A DNA stretch of 64,000 nucleotides from Candidatus Woesearchaeota archaeon. GTDB lineage: Archaea > Nanobdellota > Nanobdellia > Woesearchaeales > SKGA01. The notes below the pieces were generated by a model. The model saw nothing but the letters and a program-made list of their open reading frames with translations. It did not search any database and was not told where the DNA came from. Shown piece by piece: positions 39,349-48,279 of the stretch. The position numbers and the translations under genes are program-made. The stretch is from NCBI GenBank assembly GCA_046546105.1, contig JBKGYN010000003.1:2178-66177 (forward strand), read 5' to 3'. Every line of letters starts with the position of its first letter. Position 1 is the first letter of the stretch.

Positions 39349-39759
39349 TCACTTCTTTTTAGGTTTTGATTTCGGTTTCTTTTTCTCGTTTACCGCTTCG
39401 GTCGTGAAAAGCTGAATCTTATCAGGATCCTGTTTGATTTCCTTGACAACATTTGCCGGTCCGATGATTGTCATCCCCCTTCGTGAACCAAGCACCATGT
39501 TGATGAACATGTTCCGTACACGTTTGAAAAGTGCAGCATTATTGTCTTCTGGAAAGATGACTGATAATTCGATTCCAGTGAACTTATCATTGATAGACTC
39601 CATCGTCTTGCGAATGAGTTCTGCTTCTTCTTCACTCCGTAACCGTCCCTCAACAAGAAGAATCTTATCAGTCTTTACAAGACGGAGCAGTTTGGAAATC
39701 CGTTTCTGGGATGAGAGGTTCTCAATCTCTGAATGCGGAATGTATTGTAGTGTTAGCAT
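39349..39759 (-). CDS. oapB: OapB (DUF2073) protein
   Basis: EG.L..EEEAELI..TM..I..F.GIE and TIIGPA. Confidence 0.88.
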   Translation of the reverse strand: MLTLQYIPHSEIENLSSQKRISKLLRLVKTDKILLVEGRLRSEEEAELIRKTMESINDKFTGIELSVIFPEDNNAALFKRVRNMFINMVLGSRRGMTIIGPANVVKEIKQDPDKIQLFTTEAVNEKKKPKSKPKKK

Positions 39760-39775
39760 TTTATAGTACCTACTT

Positions 39776-40414
39776 CTACATCGTCACCTCAAAGAGTGCG
39801 TCGTAGAACTTGTTGACGTTCTTGCCGGTTTTCGCGCTTATACCCACTACTTTATATTGAGGGAATGCAGACTGCACTTTTCGGAGGTTTGCTTTTTTCA
39901 GATCGAGCTTGTTCGCAACTACAAGCACAGGAATCTTTCTTGCCTGAAGGTTTCCGATGATAGTGAGATTGACTTGTGAAAAAGGATCTTTGGTCGCATC
40001 CAAGACCACCACGACTGCATCCATATCATCAAGCCATTTTATCGAGCTGATGACGCCTTTTGTCGCTTCTTTTGCACGGGATTTAGCTTCAGTCTCTTCC
40101 ATCCCTTTCTTGATGAAATCCTCATAATCGATTTTTGTTGCAATACCAGGAGTATCGACCAGATTGAAAGAAAGCTCTCCGTGACCGTCTTTTGATTTGA
40201 TATTGATCTGTTCTTTGACTTGTATTTCTCTTGTTTCGTGAGCTACATCACTGACAGACCCCATGGGCTCACCGAGCCAATCCTCGCAGATCTTGTTCGC
40301 GAGCGTGGTCTTGCCACCGTTTGGCGGACCGTACAAACCAAGCTTTAGTTCTTTCTTCTTGCTGAAGAACTGCTTGAAGAACTTATTTGCTAGTCGTTTC
40401 AGCGTCTTTATCAT
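39776..40414 (-). CDS. oapA: OapA Era-like GTPase
   Basis: GPPNGGKTTLAN, HETR, DTPG, RAKEATKGV, ANK.D and ISA. Confidence 0.9.
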   Translation of the reverse strand: MIKTLKRLANKFFKQFFSKKKELKLGLYGPPNGGKTTLANKICEDWLGEPMGSVSDVAHETREIQVKEQINIKSKDGHGELSFNLVDTPGIATKIDYEDFIKKGMEETEAKSRAKEATKGVISSIKWLDDMDAVVVVLDATKDPFSQVNLTIIGNLQARKIPVLVVANKLDLKKANLRKVQSAFPQYKVVGISAKTGKNVNKFYDALFEVTM

Positions 40415-40614
40415 TATGACTTGACAGAACAACATGTCTTTAAAAAGATTTCGTTTGTAACAGCTGCATATCGGTTTCCGCAACTCTATTCCGCTACGAG
40501 TCCACCCCGAGCCTTTTAAAAATAGCTTTACAACCTATTTTCGGGCCATATTACCAGAACCTTCATCGGAGAAAGAATAAGAATTTAAAAAGATGAAAAG
40601 AAAAAACGACTAGC

Positions 40615-40779
40615 TTATTTTTTTTGCCAGGCATATGATCGTTTCTTTGCGCTTTTTCCGTATCCGCAAGCTGCGCAGACACCGCTTTTTCGATGGTATG
40701 CGTGCTTTCCGCATCGTCGGCACGGGATATGCGCACTCTTTCCAGAGTGTTTTCCTTGTGCTGCTGTTCCGGTTCCCAT
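40615..40779 (-). CDS. rpl37e: 50S ribosomal protein L37e; not in ORF track
   Basis: MGTGTAAQGKHSGKSAHIPCRRCGKHAYHRKSGVCAACGYGKSAKKRSYAWQKK*. Directly downstream of lsm, the usual archaeal linkage. Confidence 0.95.
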   Translation of the reverse strand: MGTGTAAQGKHSGKSAHIPCRRCGKHAYHRKSGVCAACGYGKSAKKRSYAWQKK

Positions 40780-40807
40780 TGTGCATCCTCAAATAATCGG
40801 GATAAAA

Positions 40808-41089
40808 CTACTGGACTGAGATGTTAGTGATCGTATCTCCTCGTAGGAAGACAGTGCCGAGTTTTCGTTTGAGCTGTTTCTCAGCATCATAGGTCTCTTC
40901 AGTCTTTTTCTCATCGACCTGAGCCACAATCTTTTTGGTCTTTGGCTCGTATTCTTCAGCTTCATCCAGCACTGTATTGATATGAATGTCGAACGCCTGG
41001 AGCTTTCCCACATATCTCCATCCGTTTTTCAGATCGACAATTACTCGTTTTCCTCGTGATTTGTTCAGTGCATCCAGTGGTCTTGACAT
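40808..41089 (-). CDS. Sm-like (Lsm/SmAP) RNA-binding protein
   Basis: RPLDAL, G.L.AFD.H.N.VL (Sm1) and LRGD (Sm2), with an enlarged loop between them. Confidence 0.92.
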   Translation of the reverse strand: MSRPLDALNKSRGKRVIVDLKNGWRYVGKLQAFDIHINTVLDEAEEYEPKTKKIVAQVDEKKTEETYDAEKQLKRKLGTVFLRGDTITNISVQ

Positions 41090-41239
41090 CGTATTACCAT
41101 CCATAATCATCAACCCCTCATAGGTATATGCGGCATTTCATTGAAAAAAATCCTTTCAAGAAAGCCTATAATAAGCTCTGATCGCTGACCAAAGCATCTG
41201 TGAAGAAGTAATGGGAGATTTATAAACCTATCGCATAAG

Positions 41240-42397
41240 CTATAGCTCGTCAATCCCTTTGATTCTTGGTTCTATATTCCTCGCATACCCGCCACTACGA
41301 ATAACACCATCTTTTCCAAGCTCTATAGTAACTCCCAAGACCGTTTCAAGAACGTAAGCATAGCCTTTGAGTCGTTCTGTAATGCGCTCCATTTTCACTT
41401 CTCCACCCTGTAGTGCCACGAGAGGTAGGATCTGTTCTGCCAGAAGCGGTTCGATCTCTTGAGAAAGCATTGATGCCTCGAATTCACGTATGAACTCGTA
41501 GACCCGATTATCGAAACCATCAACAAGGTCTTTTTTCCGGTAGTGCCGGTCTAGTTGCCGTATCCAGGGCTTGTCATTATCATAGCCATCCTGATCTCCG
41601 AACAGTGCATTCAGGGAGATGGCACAGGCGTTTTCTGATGACGATACATAGTTCGTGTCGATAACCAGAGGAACTTGTTTTTCCCTGTAAGCGAGTCGCA
41701 GTAGTTGTTCGATGCGATCAAGGATATTCTGTTCCGCCAAGTCCTTGCTTGCAACCAGCTTTCCCCTGATCGCGACCAAGTCCGACGAAGGCTTGAATGA
41801 AAAGCGTGGTGAATTCTTGTCAAGCTCGTGCTTTCCCCGTACTGACAGCGTCACGTTTCCATCATGATCGGGATAGAACGCCACTTTGTTTATTGAGAGC
41901 ATACATTCATCGGCATAGGGCATGAGTGGTCTTAAAAGGTATTCTTTGAGCACATCTACTGACGGAGCATCCAGCCCATGCGTCATGCCTGTCGCTTCAA
42001 TCGTGATTCTCTTTGGAGAGTGGATACCTGCAATCGCAAACGGTATCAACGCCAGTGCTATCGAGTGAGGGCCACCAAGGTCGATCTTGAATTTCCGGGG
42101 TGGTGTAAAAGATTTTTGTGGTGAGAAGGTGATTGTGTCAGAACCTTTTCCCAGACCCTTGATTTCGGCATCAGTGCATGATACCATCGCTTCTGTGAAG
42201 GCGATTAAGGGTTCGCTCAACCCTGATTTATTTTTCTGATCCGTACAAATATTATTGATTGATATCGCCTTGCCCGACAAAGCCGATGCCAGAAGTGCTG
42301 TTCGCACAAGACCTCCGCCTGAATAGTATTTAGAGCCGTCGACAAGTATAGGTTGATTCTTCTGCAACCCTGATCTTGAATCTCCAGTTTCAACCAT
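41240..42397 (-). CDS. RNA 3'-terminal phosphate cyclase-like protein, degenerate active site
   Basis: DGS...GG..VRTAL, GL, GS..I.F.P, SI.L, G.TH...APS and FYP...G match the RtcA fold. The catalytic DxHLADQ motif appears as EPLLAEQ. Confidence 0.75.
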   Translation of the reverse strand: MVETGDSRSGLQKNQPILVDGSKYYSGGGLVRTALLASALSGKAISINNICTDQKNKSGLSEPLIAFTEAMVSCTDAEIKGLGKGSDTITFSPQKSFTPPRKFKIDLGGPHSIALALIPFAIAGIHSPKRITIEATGMTHGLDAPSVDVLKEYLLRPLMPYADECMLSINKVAFYPDHDGNVTLSVRGKHELDKNSPRFSFKPSSDLVAIRGKLVASKDLAEQNILDRIEQLLRLAYREKQVPLVIDTNYVSSSENACAISLNALFGDQDGYDNDKPWIRQLDRHYRKKDLVDGFDNRVYEFIREFEASMLSQEIEPLLAEQILPLVALQGGEVKMERITERLKGYAYVLETVLGVTIELGKDGVIRSGGYARNIEPRIKGIDEL

Positions 42398-42454
42398 AGA
42401 GTTGTTGATGAGATGAGTTCTCTTATAAGAATTACGAAAAATAGCTTGCATCTC

Positions 42455-44965
42455 TTATGCTTCATCATTAAGCGTGAGAATCGCTTCCTGTTCAAGAAGT
42501 TTGATTTTTATTTGGTCAAAGAGAGACTTTAGTTCCATGTAGCGACGTTCTTTCTCTTGTCTTGAAATGTTGAGTTCGAGATAGACCTCTCTGGCCTCCT
42601 GATATTTCTCTTTGGCCTTCAATGCATTGCCATTTGCTAATTGTTGCCTGCATTCATCGATTATTCTTGCAAGTTTGTTTGCCGCCTCATCATCTTCTGA
42701 TGAAACGGTTTCTTGTTCAGAAGCATCAGCATTATCTTCACCATGCTTTTCGGGAGGCATTGGTTTTTCAATATGATCATTTCCAGAAACCTCTGCTGAA
42801 GACGTTTGAAGTTCAGCCGCCTCATCAGCCTGTTCCATCTTATTTTCGAGTTGTGTTTCTTCAGCGTCGTAGTCTTCACAGAGTTGATGGATACGTTCAT
42901 CCTGCTTCTTAAGTGCTTCTTCTACTCCCTGCACCTCTGATGCAGGTACCGCAGTAGAATTGTTTGAATCAGCAGCCTCACCTCGCTCTTTGACCAACGA
43001 CGATGATCCGGATGAAGGATCATGTGCTCCTTTCATTTCAAGTTGTTCTATCTCGTTGTTGGTCTCTCGAAGGGATTTCTTGAGCATGTCAATCTCGTCT
43101 TGCAGTTTTTCCAGAGTTCCTGGATCACCAGAATCACTTCCTGAAGCTTTCTGTTCAAGCATCCTTTCGACTTCCTCTCGTTTCTGTTCTATCCGCTTCT
43201 CTTGTTCTTTCTCCCATTTCCTGAATTCTTCCAGTTTCTTCTCGTAAAATGATTTGAGATGTTCTTCTTTTTCTTTGAGTATATGTTCGAACTCTTCAAG
43301 CTCTTTGGCATGGCTGTTCTCCACATGTCGTGTTTGTGCGCTTTCCTGCTCTTGTAAATTCATCTTGTCGTCATCAGAATCGTTTGAAACATCATCCTCT
43401 TGTAAGGCGGTATTTTCAGAAGGCGAATCCGCTTCTCGTCCAGCTGTATCTTGATTATCTTCAGCTGCAAGATCTGTTTTGAGCTCAGCCGCTTGAGAAT
43501 CTCCATCGGAAGGTTCTTGCTCAGACTCCTCTTCTGGTTGTGTGTCTATAGCTTCAGGTTCTTCGGTTAAAGGAAATTGTTCATCCTTTGAATCCGATCC
43601 CTCCTCCTTAACCCAGGATGAGCTTTCAGATTTTTCTTCAGGTGGTTCATCATCTTCGGCGACCTGTTTTTTTTCAGGATTATCTGTCAAAGATGACCCT
43701 TCCGACGATAGGGTTTGGTTTTCCCCATCTTCTGCAGTTTCTTGCTCGCCAGCCTCATCTTTCTCCTCAGGATCTTCCGTGAACGAGGATTCGGCTTGGG
43801 ACTCTTCTTGTTCAGAACTAGTTTCTTCCTCAATGTCTTTCGTAAAAGACGAGGTTGTTTTCGATCCTGCATGGTTATCTGAGGTCCCTTCCTCCGGATC
43901 ATCCGCAAACGAAGAAGTGTTAGCAGTAGTCTTGTTTCCGTCCGGATCATCATCCGGATCATCAGTGAATGAAGAAGTCGCCTGTGATTCAGTCTGATCC
44001 TCTGAAGTTTGCTCGCTTGGGTCGACTGTGAAAGAAGAAGTGTTTGTTGACGTTGAGTCCTTGCCGTCGTCCGAATCGGTAATGAATGAGGAGTCCTTCT
44101 TTCCGGTAGACTCTTCGAAGCCATCATCCTGTATCCATGAGGAAGAGTTCGTTCTTTCTTGTGATGAAGAAGTGTTTTTTTCCTCTTGAACTAACGAAGG
44201 GGAGGATGGATGAGATTTCTCTTCTGCTTCAGCAGCAAATCCTGATGATACAGAATCACCAGTTGAGGTCTTATCCTCTGATTCCCGCTCATGTTCTCTT
44301 ACAGGACCATCTGTCCATGAGGAATCACCGCTTTTTCCAACTTCCAAATCCTTTTTTTGTTCTTCTTGATTTATTTGAAGTAGCTCTTCGGGAACCTTAC
44401 TTTCTTTTTTCGAGCCTTCTCCTGATCCCTTCGTTTCCTCTTGTTGCTCGTTATCCTCCAGGGTTGTTGACCCTGCAGAGTCTTCGTTTTCCGGTGTCCA
44501 TGCTGTCTGTGATGACCATTCGGTTCGTGTTTGGTCAGGACCGTCACGTTCTCCTCTTGACTCATGGGCCGCTTGTTCTTTCTCGTATTGATCTGCAAGA
44601 TTTTGCGCTGATGATTTCGCATCAGTTTCCAGATGGTCATAAAGATGGTCGGTTGAAGGAATCTGTTGATTCAGCCCTAGTTTTTCTCTGTTTTTTTCCA
44701 ACTCAGCATTCTTTGAGTTTGATGTGTCGCGGACTGTGTCTGAAATATCGTTCTTTTCAGAAGGATCGACCGAAGTTTTTGCGTTCTGTTCAAGCTCGCT
44801 ATGGATGTTATCGAAAGTTTGCGAAAAAGAATCAGTGTTCGTGTTTTCGGACGCATCAGAAGCTTTTTTTCCGCCGAAAAGCTTTGAGAATAGACCTTTT
44901 TTCTTGTTCCTACTTTGCATACTCGGCGGCGTAGGCGGTTTGATATCAAGATCATCTGACGACAT
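42455..44965 (-). CDS. Large acidic low-complexity protein with repeats, coiled coil and C-terminal helical bundle
   Basis: 836-aa ORF, D/E/S-rich, with N-terminal KKGLFSKLFG, spaced SSF/SSW motifs and a C-terminal A...Y..AR..Y helical hairpin. Confidence 0.75.
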   Translation of the reverse strand: MSSDDLDIKPPTPPSMQSRNKKKGLFSKLFGGKKASDASENTNTDSFSQTFDNIHSELEQNAKTSVDPSEKNDISDTVRDTSNSKNAELEKNREKLGLNQQIPSTDHLYDHLETDAKSSAQNLADQYEKEQAAHESRGERDGPDQTRTEWSSQTAWTPENEDSAGSTTLEDNEQQEETKGSGEGSKKESKVPEELLQINQEEQKKDLEVGKSGDSSWTDGPVREHERESEDKTSTGDSVSSGFAAEAEEKSHPSSPSLVQEEKNTSSSQERTNSSSWIQDDGFEESTGKKDSSFITDSDDGKDSTSTNTSSFTVDPSEQTSEDQTESQATSSFTDDPDDDPDGNKTTANTSSFADDPEEGTSDNHAGSKTTSSFTKDIEEETSSEQEESQAESSFTEDPEEKDEAGEQETAEDGENQTLSSEGSSLTDNPEKKQVAEDDEPPEEKSESSSWVKEEGSDSKDEQFPLTEEPEAIDTQPEEESEQEPSDGDSQAAELKTDLAAEDNQDTAGREADSPSENTALQEDDVSNDSDDDKMNLQEQESAQTRHVENSHAKELEEFEHILKEKEEHLKSFYEKKLEEFRKWEKEQEKRIEQKREEVERMLEQKASGSDSGDPGTLEKLQDEIDMLKKSLRETNNEIEQLEMKGAHDPSSGSSSLVKERGEAADSNNSTAVPASEVQGVEEALKKQDERIHQLCEDYDAEETQLENKMEQADEAAELQTSSAEVSGNDHIEKPMPPEKHGEDNADASEQETVSSEDDEAANKLARIIDECRQQLANGNALKAKEKYQEAREVYLELNISRQEKERRYMELKSLFDQIKIKLLEQEAILTLNDEA
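43600..44330 (-). repeat. Imperfect ~20-codon tandem repeat (SS[F/W]xxD core) within the large acidic ORF
   Basis: SSWTDGP, SSWIQDD, SSFITDS, SSFTVDP, SSFTDDP, SSFADDP, SSFTKDI, SSFTEDP, SSLTDNP, SSWVKEE. Confidence 0.75.
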
Positions 44966-45142
44966 TACTACTCACACACCCCTTTTGGCTACGCGCATGT
45001 ATTTCTATGAAATACTCTGCCCGTATAGTGACACTATCACATGAAAGTATATAAAAAGGTTTTGTTATCACTCGCAAGTCTAATGTGTAAAAAACAAAAT
45101 TTCCAATAATATTAAAAAAACAGCCCTTTCTTTCAAGAAAAC

Positions 45143-45973
45143 ATGACCCGGATTTCTCACGATAAAATTGCTGTATTCCAAAATAAGATTTTCAGGCACT
45201 ACAAACAAGAGGGTCGCAATCTTCCCTGGCGTCACACGACTGACCGGTACAAGGTCATGGTCAGCGAGATCATGTTGCAACAGACGCAAGTATCTCGTGT
45301 CATCGAGAAGTACATCGAGTGGATGAGAGAATTCCCTACGCCGAAAGCTCTTGCTGACGCTTCTCTTTCTGACGTGCTGAAATTGTGGAAAGGGCTTGGG
45401 TATAATAATCGTGCGAAGCGCTTGCAGGATTCTGCACGCATCATCCTCAATGAGTATGACGGTGTTGTTCCTGATACTGTAGAAGAACTCATCAAGCTGC
45501 CGGGCATCGGTCCGTACACTGCGCGATCGATTCTTATCTTCGCAGATAACAAGGACATCGCTACTGTGGATACTAACATCCGACGGCTTCTCATCGCCGA
45601 GTTCGGCATCGCCGAAGACACGTCCGATAGAGATCTCTTCGAGCTGGCTCAGCGTCTTCTCCCAACGGGCCGTTCTCGTGATTGGCATAATGCACTCATG
45701 GATTACGGTGCTATGGTGTTGACAAGCAGGAAAAGCGGTATCAAGCCTAAGAGCACACAGTCGAAATTCAAGGGTTCGCGTCGCCAGTATCGTGCAAAAC
45801 TGCTTCACCGTATCGTCGAGAACGGAGAGTTGTCTCTTGCTGAAGCTAGAGAGGAGTATGGAGACAGTCCTGCTCCTGTGAGTGAGATCCTTGGCGAGCT
45901 TGAAAGCGATGGTCTCGTGAAACAAGAAGCAGTGAACAATAAGAAGAAAGGATCAGTGTATCGTCCGGCTTGA
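45143..45973 (+). CDS. mutY: A/G-specific adenine glycosylase (MutY-like, HhH-GPD), no Fe-S motif
   Basis: R.LPWR, VSEIMLQQTQV, W.GLGY..RA, LPGIGPYTA, VDTN and ALMDYG. Confidence 0.85.
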   Translation: MTRISHDKIAVFQNKIFRHYKQEGRNLPWRHTTDRYKVMVSEIMLQQTQVSRVIEKYIEWMREFPTPKALADASLSDVLKLWKGLGYNNRAKRLQDSARIILNEYDGVVPDTVEELIKLPGIGPYTARSILIFADNKDIATVDTNIRRLLIAEFGIAEDTSDRDLFELAQRLLPTGRSRDWHNALMDYGAMVLTSRKSGIKPKSTQSKFKGSRRQYRAKLLHRIVENGELSLAEAREEYGDSPAPVSEILGELESDGLVKQEAVNNKKKGSVYRPA

Positions 45974-45974
45974 T

Positions 45975-46343
45975 TCATCCCTTGTAGCCTTGGATAGGGT
46001 TCGTATGCACGCCTTTGATCTTATCGACCGGATATCGCTTCGCGTTCTTCTCGAGTTTCTCCTCGACCGCCTTGAAGATGTCGATATCGGTCTTGTAGGA
46101 GATCATGATCAGATACATCATGATGTCAGCGACTTCCTCTTCGACCTGTTTCTTCTTCTCAGGATGCGAGTGGATCGTATCAACTTCCTCTTCAGTCAAC
46201 CAGCGATAGCATTCTGCCAGCTCTCCGACCTCGCTTACCATCGCTACGAAGAGGTCTTTGGGATTGTGGTACTTATCCCAATCGCGTTCCTTGTTGAATT
46301 CCTGGATCTTGTTTTTCAGTTCTTCGAGTGTCGTTGCCATCAA
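45975..46343 (-). CDS. MazG-like nucleotide pyrophosphohydrolase (dCTPase-like)
   Basis: ERDW..YHNPK.L, E.GELAE, EE.AD and K...N..RYP. Confidence 0.9.
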   Translation of the reverse strand: MMATTLEELKNKIQEFNKERDWDKYHNPKDLFVAMVSEVGELAECYRWLTEEEVDTIHSHPEKKKQVEEEVADIMMYLIMISYKTDIDIFKAVEEKLEKNAKRYPVDKIKGVHTNPIQGYKG

Positions 46344-46424
46344 TGAAAACCCCCTTACAAGAGATACTATCTACGAGTATCGTTATTTAAAGATTTCGAA
46401 GAGGAAAACACGAAAAGCATACAA

Positions 46425-46718
46425 TTAATCATCATATCTTAAATTATCAACATTTCCAAAATCCACATTATAACGCAACTCATCATCCTGCATATCAGAA
46501 GTAACTTTAGATGAATGAAAAAACCAATTGAAAGTTTCTTCCCCTTCACAAGAAATATCACTTATTTCAATAAGACCTTCTGCAAGAAAAGTGGAAATTA
46601 GCTGTTTTAGTTTTTTTTCAGATATATCAATCAACTCTTGAATCCATTTACAAGAGTGTTTCACAGGAATTTCATCTAATAAAGTCAAAATTTTCTTTTT
46701 TTCACTAGTCAAATTCAT
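46425..46718 (-). CDS. Hypothetical protein, possible winged helix (AT-rich islet)
   Basis: 97-aa ORF with an EKKKIL..L and IS...L...I..F..EGLIE pattern. Confidence 0.5.
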   Translation of the reverse strand: MNLTSEKKKILTLLDEIPVKHSCKWIQELIDISEKKLKQLISTFLAEGLIEISDISCEGEETFNWFFHSSKVTSDMQDDELRYNVDFGNVDNLRYDD

Positions 46719-46789
46719 AATTACACATCTAAAAAAAAACGAATATATAAAGATCTGCTTATTTTACAACAAATAAAACACATAGAAAA

Positions 46790-46982
46790 GAAACTAAAGA
46801 ACTTCAACAAAGAAAATATAAAATTAGTTCCAAAAAAATATGTTTCAAGAATAGGATATACTGTTTATGAAAACACCGTCGCACTAGGATTGATTCAAGA
46901 AAAAGGAATAACTACTATAAAAATCGTTAGTGAAGATTTTGCAAAAGGATTCAAAAACTACTTCGAAATGATTTGGAATTCA
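46790..46982 (+). pseudogene. Start-less C-terminal remnant of a TrmB-family regulator
   Basis: The frame reads IKLVPKKYVSRIGYTVYENTVALGLIQEKGITTIKIVSEDFAKGFKNYFEMIWNS. There is no ATG/GTG/TTG between the upstream stop (46680) and this block. Confidence 0.55.
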
Positions 46983-47394
46983 AATAATCATCTTGACAAG
47001 AATCACAATAATTCATAATCTTAAATTCATCTTCACTAGTAATATACGGATGGCGATTGAGAATATAATCCATAGAAACAAGGTTTGAAGGAAACAATGG
47101 ATTTATTGAAATACACTGAGAACATTCATACTCCCCTTCACCAGTAAACCACTCGCCATTCACATCGGAAAACTCTTTAAAAAAGAATTCTATAAATTCA
47201 TCGTCAGAAAATCGCGAACTATCTGTCTGCATATCACCATCAATGTAAATGTAATTAAAAATAGCATTTCCATTTCTTTTCTTGAACTCTCTCTTGAGAC
47301 GAGGCAATAATAGATCGATTCTTTCTTCAACAGTTGGTGAATCCATGAATTTTTCTGATTCCAGCACGATTTTTATACTTTGTGGTTTTTTCAT
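46951..47394 (-). CDS. Hypothetical protein with two CxxC motifs (AT-rich islet)
   Basis: 147-aa ORF containing CSQC and CDSC. Confidence 0.55.
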   Translation of the reverse strand: MKKPQSIKIVLESEKFMDSPTVEERIDLLLPRLKREFKKRNGNAIFNYIYIDGDMQTDSSRFSDDEFIEFFFKEFSDVNGEWFTGEGEYECSQCISINPLFPSNLVSMDYILNRHPYITSEDEFKIMNYCDSCQDDYLNSKSFRSSF

Positions 47395-47483
47395 ATCTCT
47401 TCATATATAGAAATCAGCATGCACGATTTATGAACCAGAAATATATTTAAAACTTATAAAGCTGGATGACATAATACATTCTG

Positions 47484-47753
47484 ATGCAACAATACCATAT
47501 CATCATCAAAGGACGCGTCCAAGGCGTTAATTTCCGTAATTTCGTCAGACGTACCGCTCGCGAACTCAGTCTATACGGCTGGGTGAGAAACTCCGGCGAT
47601 GATGTCGAGATAGTCGCTCAAGGCCGGGAACAGCAGCTTGTCAAGCTATTGCAGCTGGTTCGCTCCGGTCCTCCCCTCGCCCGCGTCGATGATATCGATT
47701 ATGAGGCGAGGGAGCCCTCCAAAAAGTTCGACTCGTTCTTTATCAGGGCCTGA
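47484..47753 (+). CDS. acyP: Acylphosphatase
   Basis: GRVQGV.FR, GWVRN and GPP.ARV. Confidence 0.95.
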   Translation: MQQYHIIIKGRVQGVNFRNFVRRTARELSLYGWVRNSGDDVEIVAQGREQQLVKLLQLVRSGPPLARVDDIDYEAREPSKKFDSFFIRA

Positions 47754-47820
47754 AAAAACCCTCTTTTCACGACCAGTTAACAGTTAAACATAAAAATACA
47801 GTTTTCTTCCTGTTCTTGCT

Positions 47821-48255
47821 ATGACTGAAAACAAGATACTGGGACAGCCATTAGACGATGATGATAGTGTTATGACTCCCGTAACACCCACCCGAAAGGG
47901 TCGGAATCGTAAACCTCCTATCAATAAGATCGAAGCCAAGAAGGATAACGCGCTCTGGGAGATGGATGAGAAAGGGTATTTTCTCATAGATCCCCGTCCT
48001 GAAGAAGAAGTCATCTACGCTCATCACTATACTCCTGATAGGAAATACAATTGTTCGATCTCCGGAGAGACTGCTGAAGAGATCTATTATACGATCATAA
48101 AAGAAGAACTCGTGTCTTCTCTGCTTCATGCAGCATATCTCGGTGCAGAGCTTCAAAAAGCTGAGCTTGTCATCGCCTATGAGATCGCGACCTACGAGCA
48201 AGATAAATTCCTACACATCAACACCGATAAAGAGCAGGAAGAAGAGGAAGAATAG
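47821..48255 (+). CDS. DUF4346-like protein
   Basis: D.KGYFLI, G.TAEEIY, HAAYLG.EL.KAE and YEQD. Confidence 0.75.
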   Translation: MTENKILGQPLDDDDSVMTPVTPTRKGRNRKPPINKIEAKKDNALWEMDEKGYFLIDPRPEEEVIYAHHYTPDRKYNCSISGETAEEIYYTIIKEELVSSLLHAAYLGAELQKAELVIAYEIATYEQDKFLHINTDKEQEEEEE

Positions 48256-48279
48256 ACGTTTCTGCGTTCTCTCACCCAA

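Noticed and set aside
40415..40612. Replication origin next to oapABC (or near cdc6 at 4.7-5.1 kb)
   Set aside because: No convincing repeated ORB/mini-ORB motifs were found in either spacer.
40610..40792. ORF-track 60-aa minus ORF (MRMHNG...)
   Set aside because: Wrong frame. The real gene here is rpl37e at 40615-40779.
44137..45925. Long antisense ORFs (e.g. 44137..44934 +, 45080..45925 -, also 23789..24481 - and 48883..49557 -)
   Set aside because: These are shadow frames opposite well-supported genes and carry no motifs of their own.
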